DNA of 64,000 nt, taken from Myxococcota bacterium (GTDB lineage: Bacteria; Myxococcota_A; SURF-8; G963663525). Every line of letters starts with the position of its first letter. The first letter of the stretch is position 1. Below, piece after piece: positions 52,024 to 61,759 of the stretch. The notes under the pieces are model-generated. The model was not told where the DNA came from. It was given only the letters and a program-made list of their open reading frames with translations, and did not search any database. Both the position numbers and the translations under genes were made by a program. The stretch covers positions 1 to 64,000 of the forward strand of contig CAXXVK010000006.1 in assembly GCA_963676915.2 (NCBI GenBank), read 5' to 3'.

Positions 52024-54348
52024 ATGAAGGGTTTCAAAAAAAACAAACAAGGGCGAAAAAGCACATGGGACTTTCTGAATACTCCCATCGATATGGAATC
52101 CATAGCGGATGTTCTAACCAAGGATGTAACCCAGGTTTTCAAAATCAGCAATCCTGGCTTGATGCCAAATTTAGACCAGAAGGCCGACAATATCCTGGAC
52201 GAGGCCGAAAATCTGGCTCGCCAGGAAGGAATACCTCTGGATGAAGCCCTGGAACGCCTAGGTATTACCCTGGATGATTCGGAAGACGAAGAGTCGAAGG
52301 AATCCAAAGGCTTGTTGAAAGATGCCATGTTGAAATCCATGGACTGGGAGGTCAGTGAGGAAGAGCAACTCACAGGAGAAACTTCGCTTTCCGACACGCA
52401 AATGGTGAAAGCATCGAAGGTGGTCAACGAGTTTTACGAATACTTGAGCGAATTGGAGGAAGATGTACTTGAAGAGCTGACGGGCAACGTTTCTCCTGAT
52501 GACGTTTTGTTGCTGAAACGTTTGAAAATGCTTGATATTATAGATGAAAGGCAATTCGAGGCAGCGGTGTCCAAAGCGGAAAAGGATTCCGTTCCATTTT
52601 GGGAAGCGTTGACCTTTCAGTGTCGGGACGATATCCCCGGTTTCGTCGATATCCTGTTGACGATGCCGTTTGCACCGATTTTCGTGCATGAAAAAGGCGT
52701 CTTTGTGGAATGGTTGCTGGATAACAACCATCTGAACTTCAAGATGTTTAAAAAAGCACGCCAGGAATCACTGGAAACGGGAATCAGCACCTGTCAACTG
52801 CTTGATTCGGACGAATATCTGGGAGAAGAAAAGTATCTGGAAGCTCTTTCCGAGTTCGTTGATCTTCCTCCGTGGAAAAATGCTTTACCGAAGCCTACTC
52901 CTTCTTTGGCTAATACCATCGATTCCGATTGGATCGAGCTTTTCAACGTTATTCCACTTAAAGCGACGAAAACCAAGATAGATCTCGGGTTGACCTGTCC
53001 CATTTCACAACGATTGGTTGAGAAACTCGGGAAAAACCTATCGAAAGAAGTAAACTTGTTTCTGATTTCCCACAAAACCGTCGAGGCATTGAAAGAACCG
53101 CTTTTAAAGAAAGTGGAAAGGGAAATGCCGAAGCCGGAGAAAAGAGTCGTCGAAGCGTCGGCCAGAATTCAGAAGATTGTTACATCCGCTTCTGCTGTCA
53201 ACATGGTGCGGCAGATACTCGAAGGAGCTTTGGACGCCCGTGCCACGGATATTCATCTGGAACCTCAAAAAGAAAACACACGGGTTCGTTTCCGTATCGA
53301 CGGAATGCTGTACGAAGTGCTTCAACTGCAAAAGAGCCTGTACAATGAGATTTCCTCTCGTATCAAAATCGTTGCGGATCTGGATGTCACCGAACGGCGA
53401 CGCCCCCAGGACGGTCATTTGAACGTCAATATCGGTGGCAACCAGTTCGATATGCGCATTGCGACGGTTCCCAACAAATACGGAGAGAAAATCAGTATTC
53501 GTCTCGTGTATGCCGGACGAATCAACAAGAATCTCAGTGAGTTGGGGCTTGAAAAAGAAGATTACCAGAAAGTGCTGGGATTCTGCTCTCGACCTCACGG
53601 CATGATTTTGGCTACAGGACCGGTCGGCTCGGGCAAAACAACGACATTGTATTCTTGTTTGAACGAAATCGATCGAAATCAGTACAATGTGATGAGTATT
53701 GAAGATCCGGTCGAATTCGAGCTTCCCGGAGCCAACCAGGTAGAGGTCAATTACAACTTGAATTTCGGATTCATCCAAGGGTTGCGTGCCCTGTTGCGTC
53801 AGGATCCAGATACCATCTTGATTGGTGAAATCCGTGACGACGAAACGGCCGGGATCGCTGTTCGGGCCAGTATGACCGGTCTGTTGGTTTTCAGTACACT
53901 CCACACCAACGATGCTCCGGGGGCTATTACAGCGCTGTACAATTTCCGATTGCCAACCCATTTAATAGCCAATTCCCTTGTTGGTGTGATTGGTCAACGA
54001 TTGTTGAGAAAAATTTGCACAGAATGCCGAACCGCCTACAAACCCAAAGCCGCCGAGAAAAAGTCGGTAGGATTCAAACCGGCTCAGGCGCAGAAAATCA
54101 AGGAATTTTATCATGGTGCCGGGTGTAGCCATTGTTTCAATTCCGGCTATTTCGACCGCACCGGCGTGTTTGAAGTTATGGAAGTCACACCGAAACTCAA
54201 GGAGATGATTCTCGCGCAGAAATCGGAAGCCGAACTGCGCGCACAGGCCATTTCCGATGGGATGCGTACGTTGTCCGAGAGTGGCCGTAGCAAAATACTC
54301 GAAGGGGAAACGACGACGGAAGAATATCTGCGATTGCTTGGGTTCTGA
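52024..54348 (+). CDS. GspE/PilB-family assembly ATPase with long N-terminal extension
   Basis: ATDIHLEP, RRPQDG, GPVGSGKTT, LRQDPD, STLHTN, Zn motif CTEC..CSHC. Confidence 0.95.
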   Translation: MKGFKKNKQGRKSTWDFLNTPIDMESIADVLTKDVTQVFKISNPGLMPNLDQKADNILDEAENLARQEGIPLDEALERLGITLDDSEDEESKESKGLLKDAMLKSMDWEVSEEEQLTGETSLSDTQMVKASKVVNEFYEYLSELEEDVLEELTGNVSPDDVLLLKRLKMLDIIDERQFEAAVSKAEKDSVPFWEALTFQCRDDIPGFVDILLTMPFAPIFVHEKGVFVEWLLDNNHLNFKMFKKARQESLETGISTCQLLDSDEYLGEEKYLEALSEFVDLPPWKNALPKPTPSLANTIDSDWIELFNVIPLKATKTKIDLGLTCPISQRLVEKLGKNLSKEVNLFLISHKTVEALKEPLLKKVEREMPKPEKRVVEASARIQKIVTSASAVNMVRQILEGALDARATDIHLEPQKENTRVRFRIDGMLYEVLQLQKSLYNEISSRIKIVADLDVTERRRPQDGHLNVNIGGNQFDMRIATVPNKYGEKISIRLVYAGRINKNLSELGLEKEDYQKVLGFCSRPHGMILATGPVGSGKTTTLYSCLNEIDRNQYNVMSIEDPVEFELPGANQVEVNYNLNFGFIQGLRALLRQDPDTILIGEIRDDETAGIAVRASMTGLLVFSTLHTNDAPGAITALYNFRLPTHLIANSLVGVIGQRLLRKICTECRTAYKPKAAEKKSVGFKPAQAQKIKEFYHGAGCSHCFNSGYFDRTGVFEVMEVTPKLKEMILAQKSEAELRAQAISDGMRTLSESGRSKILEGETTTEEYLRLLGF

Positions 54349-54417
54349 GGATGCTCCGAACTCAAGAATGGGAGACTTTGAAGTATCTATAAAGTCACGA
54401 AGAAATGGGAGGGACAG

Positions 54418-55641
54418 ATGCCGGAAGGAAAAAAGACCGCGGGTAGCATGAGCGACGAACAAGTGCTTCGGGAGAAGGTCAAGCAGAAATTGATGGAACA
54501 GGCGTCGCAAGGAACCGGAGCCACGGAATCCGTGGAGGATTCCGAGCAGGAAACATTGGACGAGGAGATGCTACCGGTTGCGTCGAGTGGCTTTTTCGCA
54601 AGGAAAGCCAAATCACAGGATATCTCGATGTTTTTCCGGGAATTATCGATTTTGCTGGAAACAGGGTATCCGTTGCTCAGAGCGTTGAAACTGCTGGCTG
54701 GCAAGACGGTCAATCGTAGTCTTTCCAATGAATTGCAGCGAGTCGCGGCTCAGGTCGAGTCCGGGGGGACGTTGGCCAAAGCGCTTCGGTTGTCTCCGAA
54801 CTATTTTACGCCCGTAACTGTTTCGATGATCGAAGCCGCCGAAGCAAGTGGAAAACTGAAAGAAACGCTCAATATCATCGCAATGGACCTGGACAACGAT
54901 GAAGAATTGACCACGAAGGTCCGGCACGCCATGTCGTATCCGGTTCTGACGTTGATCTTCGCTTTCATTGCTTCGATGGTGATCCTACTGTTCGTCATTC
55001 CGTCGTTTGCAGAAGGGTATTCGACAAACGATATGGAACTCCCGATGACGACGGCATTGCTGGTCGGGTTCAGTTCGATTCTCAGTACGTACTGGTGGAT
55101 CTGGGTACCTGCGCTGGTGGTGATTGTTTTCGTTTTGATTCGACTGGGTAAAGCGAATGTGCAGTTTTTCGACCGGTTGTTGTTGCGAGTGCCACTTATA
55201 GGTGAAATCATCATACTGGGTACGATGATGCGTTTTTCCAACACGCTTCGCGTTCTTCTGGATAGTGATGTGCCGATTCTCGACAGCCTTAAGCTGGCGC
55301 GAGGCGCCGTTACCAATAGCGTTATCAAGCAGGTGATCAATGAAGCGCGAGCCAACGTGCAGGTTGGTAAATCGCTGTCACAACCGTTTAGCCGCTTTAA
55401 ATATTTCCCGCCAATGTTGATCGACATGATGACTGTTGGCGAGGAGTCCGGCAAATTGCCGTTCGTGCTGGAGCATATTTTCTTCGCTTTGCGCATACGG
55501 TTGAATCGGCTCATCAACAGCATGACCATTACCTTGGGACCGATTATGACCATGTTTGTCGGTATTCTCGTTCTCATCGTCGTATTGATGCTGTTCATCC
55601 CGTATTTCGACATGCTGACCGCTTTGAGCAACATTCGCTGA
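54418..55641 (+). CDS. GspF/PilC-family inner-membrane platform protein
   Basis: FFRELSILLETGYPL, EASGKL, AMSYP, VGEESGKL; three TMs. Confidence 0.93.
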   Translation: MPEGKKTAGSMSDEQVLREKVKQKLMEQASQGTGATESVEDSEQETLDEEMLPVASSGFFARKAKSQDISMFFRELSILLETGYPLLRALKLLAGKTVNRSLSNELQRVAAQVESGGTLAKALRLSPNYFTPVTVSMIEAAEASGKLKETLNIIAMDLDNDEELTTKVRHAMSYPVLTLIFAFIASMVILLFVIPSFAEGYSTNDMELPMTTALLVGFSSILSTYWWIWVPALVVIVFVLIRLGKANVQFFDRLLLRVPLIGEIIILGTMMRFSNTLRVLLDSDVPILDSLKLARGAVTNSVIKQVINEARANVQVGKSLSQPFSRFKYFPPMLIDMMTVGEESGKLPFVLEHIFFALRIRLNRLINSMTITLGPIMTMFVGILVLIVVLMLFIPYFDMLTALSNIR

Positions 55642-55723
55642 TCGTCCACGTTCGTACAACGAATCCTATGTTTCGTGAGTCAAGACTTGTAGGTTAACGA
55701 AACCTTTTCGAAAGGGGAGTTGC

Positions 55724-56407
55724 ATGGGAATTTCACGAAAGTCAAAGATCGGTCGGGCGTTTCTCGTGCTGGCAGCATTGGTGGTTTTCGGGTGGGCTGT
55801 TTCGGCAATGGCTGGTGATCGAGATCAGTTCAAACTCAATCTCAAACTCAAATTCGAACGTCCCCAATTCAAAGCGAAAGTCAAAAAAGTCGTCGAAGGA
55901 GACTTGCTGGTTCTCGAAGAAAAAGGAAGGGAATTTGAAGTCCGTTTGTATGGTGTCGATGCTCCAGAGAAGCTTGGAAATCAGCCATACTGGGAAGAAT
56001 CCCGAAAAGCCGCCGAGGAATTATGTCTAGGAAAGACGGTGGAAGTCGGTATCGTTAAAAAGAACCTTCTCAAACAATGGATATCTGTGATTATTCTGCC
56101 AGACGGAAAAAACTTAAGCTGGGTAATGGCAGAGAATGGACATGTTTGGGACTTCAACGAGCATTTTCGACACGAAGTGACCATTCGCCGATTGGTGGGT
56201 GTTGCCATGAAAAAGAAAGTGGGTTTGTGGGCAGCCAAAGAAAAGCCTATTCCTCCCTCGATCTGGTTCAAGAAACATGTGAAAATGGAACAGAAGAAAG
56301 CAAAGTTCAAACCGAAAAACGTTTCTCCCGTATCACCGAAGGTTTCGCCCAAAGTCGATAAAGCTTCATCCAAAGCTTTGAACGTTACGCCAAATCCGCA
56401 AAAATAG
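55724..56407 (+). CDS. Secreted thermonuclease (SNase)-family protein, very basic
   Basis: Signal peptide; KVVEGD, VRLYGVDAPE, KVGLWA..PIPPSIW. Confidence 0.85.
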   Translation: MGISRKSKIGRAFLVLAALVVFGWAVSAMAGDRDQFKLNLKLKFERPQFKAKVKKVVEGDLLVLEEKGREFEVRLYGVDAPEKLGNQPYWEESRKAAEELCLGKTVEVGIVKKNLLKQWISVIILPDGKNLSWVMAENGHVWDFNEHFRHEVTIRRLVGVAMKKKVGLWAAKEKPIPPSIWFKKHVKMEQKKAKFKPKNVSPVSPKVSPKVDKASSKALNVTPNPQK

Positions 56408-56417
56408 CGTATGTTTC

Positions 56418-56439
56418 AGCCGCCTTCGGGCGGCTTTTT
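56418..56439 (+). terminator. Rho-independent terminator
   Basis: AGCCGCC-TTCG-GGCGGCT-TTTT. Confidence 0.85.
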
Positions 56440-56454
56440 CGTGTAAGGAATGCG

Positions 56455-58110
56455 TCAGGAACGTTGTCTCTTTTTCCTGCGGAATACTACAACGAACGTC
56501 GAAATCAATACCATAAGACCCGCCAGGATGACTCCCAGAACCAGCAGCCGATGCATGGCGTCGATGTCCTGTTCCTCTGCTGAACGAGCCGTCGTTTCGA
56601 GTGCGTCGGGCAGGCCGGAACGCAGCACCGTCCAGCCGTCCAGGATGTGATTGCCGATGATGGCTACCGGGAGGTGCGTTTTATCCTTTTCGAAAGCGGC
56701 CAAAGCGGCGCGGTCGGAGGAGGTCAAAACGGAGCGAAACGTTACGACCAGCTTTTTGTTCGTCTTTTGAGCCGTTTCCGCCAAAAACGTGAAAAGCTTT
56801 TCTTTTTGTTCCTTTTTTCCGTCGAAAAAGACGGTGAACGAAATGGTGACAGGTGGAGTATTCGAGGACAACGGCGCGAAGTCGTGGACGGTCGAAGCGT
56901 CGGAGAGTGTTCTCGTGCTGCCTTCCTTTTTGTCCAGATCGACGAGATAGAACTCGTCGCCCTGACTATCGATGGCTTTGACACGCGCTCCGAAATAGCC
57001 CACTTCCAGTTGTAGATAGTGATGAATGGCGCTGAAAAATCGGAAAATATTTTCGGGAGGCAGACGTTTTTCCAGCACGGCTCCACCGCCTCCGTTGGTA
57101 AAGTAGTGAACGCCGTTCGTTTCGATATGAGAGAAAAAATGTGCCCCGGAAAACACCGCCGTGACACCGGAGTGTTCGAACAAAGGCATGAGAAGTTCTT
57201 TGGCTACCGCCGGGGTTTGTCCATCGATATCGTATATCGGCTGGTGTAACACCACGAACAGGTATTTCGAGCCGCTTTTTCGTGCGTTTGCCAAATCGGC
57301 TCGTAGCCATTGCAGTTGCGGGCTATCGGGACCGACTTCCTCTTCAGGCTGGGAGTAATCCTGCCAGATTTTCAATACGCTGAAATGTACCAGCCCTCTA
57401 TCGAACGAATACCACGGACTTTTTTTCAGAGCGGGAAAGAGTTTTCTCATCCATTGGGCAGGTTGATCGCTGCGGCCAATGGCGGGAAAAAGGATGGTCG
57501 TGCGTAAAAGATCCGCCTCGATGTGGAAAAAATTCTCCCACAGTTCGAAACGCTCTCCTTCTTCCACGAAATCGCCGGTGTGAATTACGGCGTCCGGAAG
57601 GGTGAAAGCACGAATCGTGCGGACGATTTCCCTATGGGATACGTCGAAGCTGTCGTCACCGCTACGGGTATCACCGAAAATGACGAAGGTGTGGTTGGTA
57701 TCGGTCGAAGAAACGAAGGCGGGTTTGGGATTGTCGAATATGGGTTTGTCATTGATGAAAAGCTGGTAGGGGTATTCGATGTCCGGTGTCAGTTCTTTCA
57801 CGCGAGCACAGGCCGGTTCGTGACCCTCGAACGAAAGGTTCTGTTCCTTCTCGTCGTCTCCGATGAGAACCACACGTGCCTTGTCGGTCTTGTCGAAATG
57901 GGCGCAAATCTCTACGGTGCCGTTTTCAACCGATTGCAGATAGGGACCGAAATGTAATTTCGCCTGAGACGCTGAAGGCCAGATCCACAGCCCGATGAAC
58001 AAAGCGAACCAAATCGCGACAAAACGGCTCGGAACGGAACGTTTTCGATGGGCTCGAAAGGGTTCCCTATACTGGAAAAGGGCTGAATTGGTGCAATGTT
58101 GATCTTTCAA
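56455..58110 (-). CDS. Purple-acid-phosphatase-like metallophosphoesterase, degenerate, C-terminally anchored
   Basis: GPYLQ/FN3 domain, FGDTR, HTGDFV; GNH appears as GRS and GHxH as GAHF; C-terminal TM followed by RRKKR. Confidence 0.82.
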   Translation of the reverse strand: MKDQHCTNSALFQYREPFRAHRKRSVPSRFVAIWFALFIGLWIWPSASQAKLHFGPYLQSVENGTVEICAHFDKTDKARVVLIGDDEKEQNLSFEGHEPACARVKELTPDIEYPYQLFINDKPIFDNPKPAFVSSTDTNHTFVIFGDTRSGDDSFDVSHREIVRTIRAFTLPDAVIHTGDFVEEGERFELWENFFHIEADLLRTTILFPAIGRSDQPAQWMRKLFPALKKSPWYSFDRGLVHFSVLKIWQDYSQPEEEVGPDSPQLQWLRADLANARKSGSKYLFVVLHQPIYDIDGQTPAVAKELLMPLFEHSGVTAVFSGAHFFSHIETNGVHYFTNGGGGAVLEKRLPPENIFRFFSAIHHYLQLEVGYFGARVKAIDSQGDEFYLVDLDKKEGSTRTLSDASTVHDFAPLSSNTPPVTISFTVFFDGKKEQKEKLFTFLAETAQKTNKKLVVTFRSVLTSSDRAALAAFEKDKTHLPVAIIGNHILDGWTVLRSGLPDALETTARSAEEQDIDAMHRLLVLGVILAGLMVLISTFVVVFRRKKRQRS

Positions 58111-58655
58111 TGGTTTTCAAGCGCTTTCAGAACGGTTTTTTCCAGGTATTGCACTTCCGGGTCTCCTATCGCTTTCAGTACCGACCGAATAACTCCCTGC
58201 CGATCGACAAGGAAGGTTGACGGCAACTGTTCCACACCGTAAGCGGTTTTGATGCGCTCGTTTTTATCCAGCAAAATCGGAAAGGGAAGGGACAATGCCT
58301 TGGCCAGCGTATGGTGTTCGTCCACGTTTTCAGGGTCGATGGCAACGAGCAACACTTGAAGATCTTTTGGGAATTTCCGTTGCAGCGTGGCTAAAAGAGG
58401 CAGTTCCGCTCGGCAGGGATCGCACCAGGTGGCGAAAAAAGAAATCAGTACCGGACGAGTTTTTATCTCGGCGTTGAGGTATAGGGTCTGGCCGGTGAGG
58501 GTTTCGGCCCGGAAATCTGGGGCCATTGTACCTGCTTCCAACTCCGTTTTCTTTTTCGTGCAGGAAACGGAGAGAATCAGCAATAAACCCAAAAAGACGC
58601 ACAGGCCGAGAAAAGGTGAATGGTAAGAGCGGCTTTTGCTTCTAGCTGTCGCCAT
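58107..58655 (-). CDS. TlpA/ResA-family thiol-disulfide oxidoreductase lipoprotein
   Basis: APDF..FFATWCDPCRAELP..LPSTFLVDRQG; lipobox SVSC. Confidence 0.93.
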   Translation of the reverse strand: MATARSKSRSYHSPFLGLCVFLGLLLILSVSCTKKKTELEAGTMAPDFRAETLTGQTLYLNAEIKTRPVLISFFATWCDPCRAELPLLATLQRKFPKDLQVLLVAIDPENVDEHHTLAKALSLPFPILLDKNERIKTAYGVEQLPSTFLVDRQGVIRSVLKAIGDPEVQYLEKTVLKALENH

Positions 58656-58824
58656 CGGTTGAGGTTCCTCGTTGTTTTTTCCATAGGCGCAGGCCGGTAT
58701 CCACGATGTTGACGATCAATGCCACTGCTGCCGAGCCGATCAGCAAAAACGTCAGATCGGAACCCAGGGAACTTGAATTGGGATTGAATCCCGGTTTGAT
58801 ACGCAACAGTTTTCCAGGCTTCAC
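58642..58824 (-). CDS. Small single-TM protein (60 aa)
   Basis: TAAGGAG RBS, GTG start, LTFLLIGSAAVALIVNIV TM; fills the gap in the operon and overlaps the TlpA start. Confidence 0.65.
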   Translation of the reverse strand: MKPGKLLRIKPGFNPNSSSLGSDLTFLLIGSAAVALIVNIVDTGLRLWKKQRGTSTDGDS

Positions 58825-58835
58825 GTCAGGACTCC

Positions 58836-60680
58836 TTACACTCCGAAAATATAGAGGTAATGGAAATGATACAGGGTCAGGTAAATGGCGGCAAGGGTCA
58901 TTGTCACGATGTGAGCCACGGCCCCGATGCTCCCGAGCTTGCCACTTCGGACGAGCGCACGATTCCACAAAAGCGCCAGCACGCTTGCCGCGAAAAGTAC
59001 CGACAACGTTTCTACCAGAATACGCGCTCGTTCGAAATCGATCAAAGCGTATCCACCACCCAAAAGCACGTACCCTGAAGCGAGAATTCCGGCGATCCAG
59101 AGATCTTTCAGGGCAGGGCGGCAGCGCCATAGAATCGTTAACAGTAACCAGAATCCAAAGAATCCCCAAAACAGATATCGGGCAGCTTCTCGCCAGACAT
59201 TGCGTTCGCTTTTACGTAATTTATCTTGGATGGCGATTCGGTATTTTTTTGTCGCGACTTTTTGTGCTTCTTTGTACGCCGCAATGGCTTTTCGGTAGGA
59301 TTTATCCCGATACGCCATGTCGCCCGTGGCAATAGCAGCCATTATCGCGTTTTCACCCTTGGGGAAGCGTTCGGTCAACTGCCGATAATACGTTTCGGCG
59401 GTTTCCGGGGCGGACTCTTCCAGCAAATGGCCGATCCAGAACAGGACTTCCTCGACGACGGCGCTGTCCGGGTAGGTTTGAAGCAGTCGGTTCACTCTTT
59501 CTATCGTCGGTTCCGGGTTTTCCCTGTCCCGCAATGCCTTGGCTTGTTCGAACAGTTGCAACGGCTTGAAATCGTTGTCGTTGTATCGCTTCAGATAGTC
59601 GATTCGATAGCGTGCCAAGGTGGCTCGGCGGCTCGACGGAGAATTTTTGAGGAACTGTTCGTATTCCTGCAAAGCTTTGGCAAACTGGAACAGTTTTTCA
59701 TCGTAAATTCGAGCAATGGTGAAGGCTGCATCTTCCACGGCATGGCGGTTTTTGTTGGTTTCGATGAAGTTTCGATACCAGTCGATGCTTTCCTCGTATC
59801 GTCCAGTTTCAAGCAGACGATCACAGTACAGGCAGGATTTCCGTGTCTCCGGCGGAGCCTCTACCAGCACCTTGCGCTGGTGGTTTTTCCCCTCTCCCTG
59901 CACCCACGAGATTTCATACGTATCGATTTCCAACCAGGCCGATTCCTTGGCATTCCAGGTGATTTCCGTGGTTCCATGTCGTGCCAGACGCGGACTGAGC
60001 CAAGTAACGTTGTTGTCGGATTCTCGATCTTTGGATACATCAGGCAGAACGACGAGCCGGTGGTGGAAGTCGTCGGGCGTTTTTTTCGCTTCGGCCAGAG
60101 CTGCGGTTGCATCGCGAGACAGAATCAAGCGCGCCGCTCCGAAATCGAGGATTCGCGCGTCGTCTTTCGGTAGTTCAGCGACAAGCAGGGAATCGGCCAA
60201 AGTGGCGAGTTTTCCCGTACAGGAGGTTTCGAGCAAGACGATGTCCGGCAAGCGTTCGGGAAGTTCGTTTGTTTGACAATACGGATCGTCTTTATGAAGC
60301 AGGAGCAGGTCGAAAGCACCTTCGGTTCCGGGGGCGCTACGAAACGATCTCGTAATTCCCGTTCCCTTGATCGTGTATCCGTAGCGGGTCGAGGGTTTGA
60401 GTCCGGTCAGTACGACCCGATGCTGTCGGGTAGCGAATTCTTCCTGAATTTTTTTGTCCAGCAGTCGGCCTTCACCGTAACTGAGCGTGTATTGTTCCTC
60501 TTCCGGGCTTTGCCATTCGAGGACCATCGAGAACGGTCCGATTTTCGATAAACGAAGGTTATGGACCTCCGAAGTCGACTCACAGCCCACCAAAAGAAGA
60601 ATCAGAAAGATCGAAAACACAAAAAATAGTGTCCAAGAACTACGTTGAAAATCTTTGAATGGAAGGCGGGGTGTTCTCAT
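58836..60680 (-). CDS. Lipoprotein with FN3, vestigial phosphoesterase, CxxC, TPR array and four C-terminal TMs
   Basis: LVGC lipobox; HRVVLTGLKPSTRYGY; FRSAP; SCLYC; BamD/CpoB-like TPRs; hydrophobic C-terminus. Confidence 0.78.
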   Translation of the reverse strand: MRTPRLPFKDFQRSSWTLFFVFSIFLILLLVGCESTSEVHNLRLSKIGPFSMVLEWQSPEEEQYTLSYGEGRLLDKKIQEEFATRQHRVVLTGLKPSTRYGYTIKGTGITRSFRSAPGTEGAFDLLLLHKDDPYCQTNELPERLPDIVLLETSCTGKLATLADSLLVAELPKDDARILDFGAARLILSRDATAALAEAKKTPDDFHHRLVVLPDVSKDRESDNNVTWLSPRLARHGTTEITWNAKESAWLEIDTYEISWVQGEGKNHQRKVLVEAPPETRKSCLYCDRLLETGRYEESIDWYRNFIETNKNRHAVEDAAFTIARIYDEKLFQFAKALQEYEQFLKNSPSSRRATLARYRIDYLKRYNDNDFKPLQLFEQAKALRDRENPEPTIERVNRLLQTYPDSAVVEEVLFWIGHLLEESAPETAETYYRQLTERFPKGENAIMAAIATGDMAYRDKSYRKAIAAYKEAQKVATKKYRIAIQDKLRKSERNVWREAARYLFWGFFGFWLLLTILWRCRPALKDLWIAGILASGYVLLGGGYALIDFERARILVETLSVLFAASVLALLWNRALVRSGKLGSIGAVAHIVTMTLAAIYLTLYHFHYLYIFGV

Positions 60681-60689
60681 GATCGTAGA

Positions 60690-61640
60690 TTACAATCCCA
60701 AGGTTTTTGGGGTTACGTCTTGAATTTCGGCTTTAAAATCCTGCTTCATGATGGTTTTCACAAGTTCCAGGTCTACGTTGTCTGTGGTTTGGGATAACTG
60801 GGCCATCACAATCGAAGCGCCGTCGCTGTTTCGGCTTTTGTGTTCGTCCATGAGAGATTCAAAATACACAAGCGCTTCGGTAAGTTTTTCGCGAGCTTTG
60901 GAATCGTTTTTGCCTCGTGACGTTTCCAGTCCTGTCAGTTCGTAAAAGACTGAGAGGACAAGGGTTTTTACTGCCAATGCTTTGAAATCTCCAGCGGCTT
61001 TCTGAATGTCGCCCGAGAGCTTTTTCTCCACAGCATTCAAATAGTTTTTCATGGTCAGGTCGTAACGGTCTGCATACTCACTGCCTTTTCCTGCCCATTC
61101 GCTCCGTCTGGCTGTGGTGTTTCGGACCACGGGAGCCGCATCGAGCATCAAGGTTTGTGCTTTGATATTCATCGGTTCGGAGGCCAACTGTTCGAGGCTT
61201 TTGAAAAACGTCAGCAAAAAGGCGCGTTGCACGGTTTTTTCGGCCATTTGCGCGTCGGGATACAGGTCGGCTCCACCTTGAACTTTTTTAAGCGCCATAC
61301 GAATGCGACGATCCAATTGGGTGGCGTATCGTTCATCGGTAGCTTTGACATACGATACCAGAGAAGGAACCTGAACGTAGGAAGATACGAACGTTTCAAC
61401 GTTCAACGGTCGGTTTTTCCGGGTTTTTACCATTTCGTTGTAATGGGCAACGGGAGATGCATCCGCCTTTGCCAGAGGTGCTTTGGACGTCGTTTTTTCA
61501 ACCGTCTTGGCTGGAGCCGTCTTTTTTTGAGTCGTTTGGGGTGGAGTTGGAGCTTTTTGTTCCGTTTCGGCGGGACGTTCGCAACCCATTGCTAAAACGA
61601 TTCCCATGACGAGTAAGGTTAAACTAAAAGTACGGATCAT
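60690..61640 (-). CDS. Hypothetical all-helical lipoprotein
   Basis: AMGC lipobox, P/T/K linker, predicted helical body. Confidence 0.72.
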   Translation of the reverse strand: MIRTFSLTLLVMGIVLAMGCERPAETEQKAPTPPQTTQKKTAPAKTVEKTTSKAPLAKADASPVAHYNEMVKTRKNRPLNVETFVSSYVQVPSLVSYVKATDERYATQLDRRIRMALKKVQGGADLYPDAQMAEKTVQRAFLLTFFKSLEQLASEPMNIKAQTLMLDAAPVVRNTTARRSEWAGKGSEYADRYDLTMKNYLNAVEKKLSGDIQKAAGDFKALAVKTLVLSVFYELTGLETSRGKNDSKAREKLTEALVYFESLMDEHKSRNSDGASIVMAQLSQTTDNVDLELVKTIMKQDFKAEIQDVTPKTLGL

Positions 61641-61759
61641 GATTTTTTCCTTTTCTCGAAGGGACGGAAATTGGTTCGATGAAGCTTCATCGAACGGACA
61701 GAGCCAATTCTGGCGAAATCGTTTCAAGCAAAGCCAAAAAACTTTGCTGTTTCTGTATG

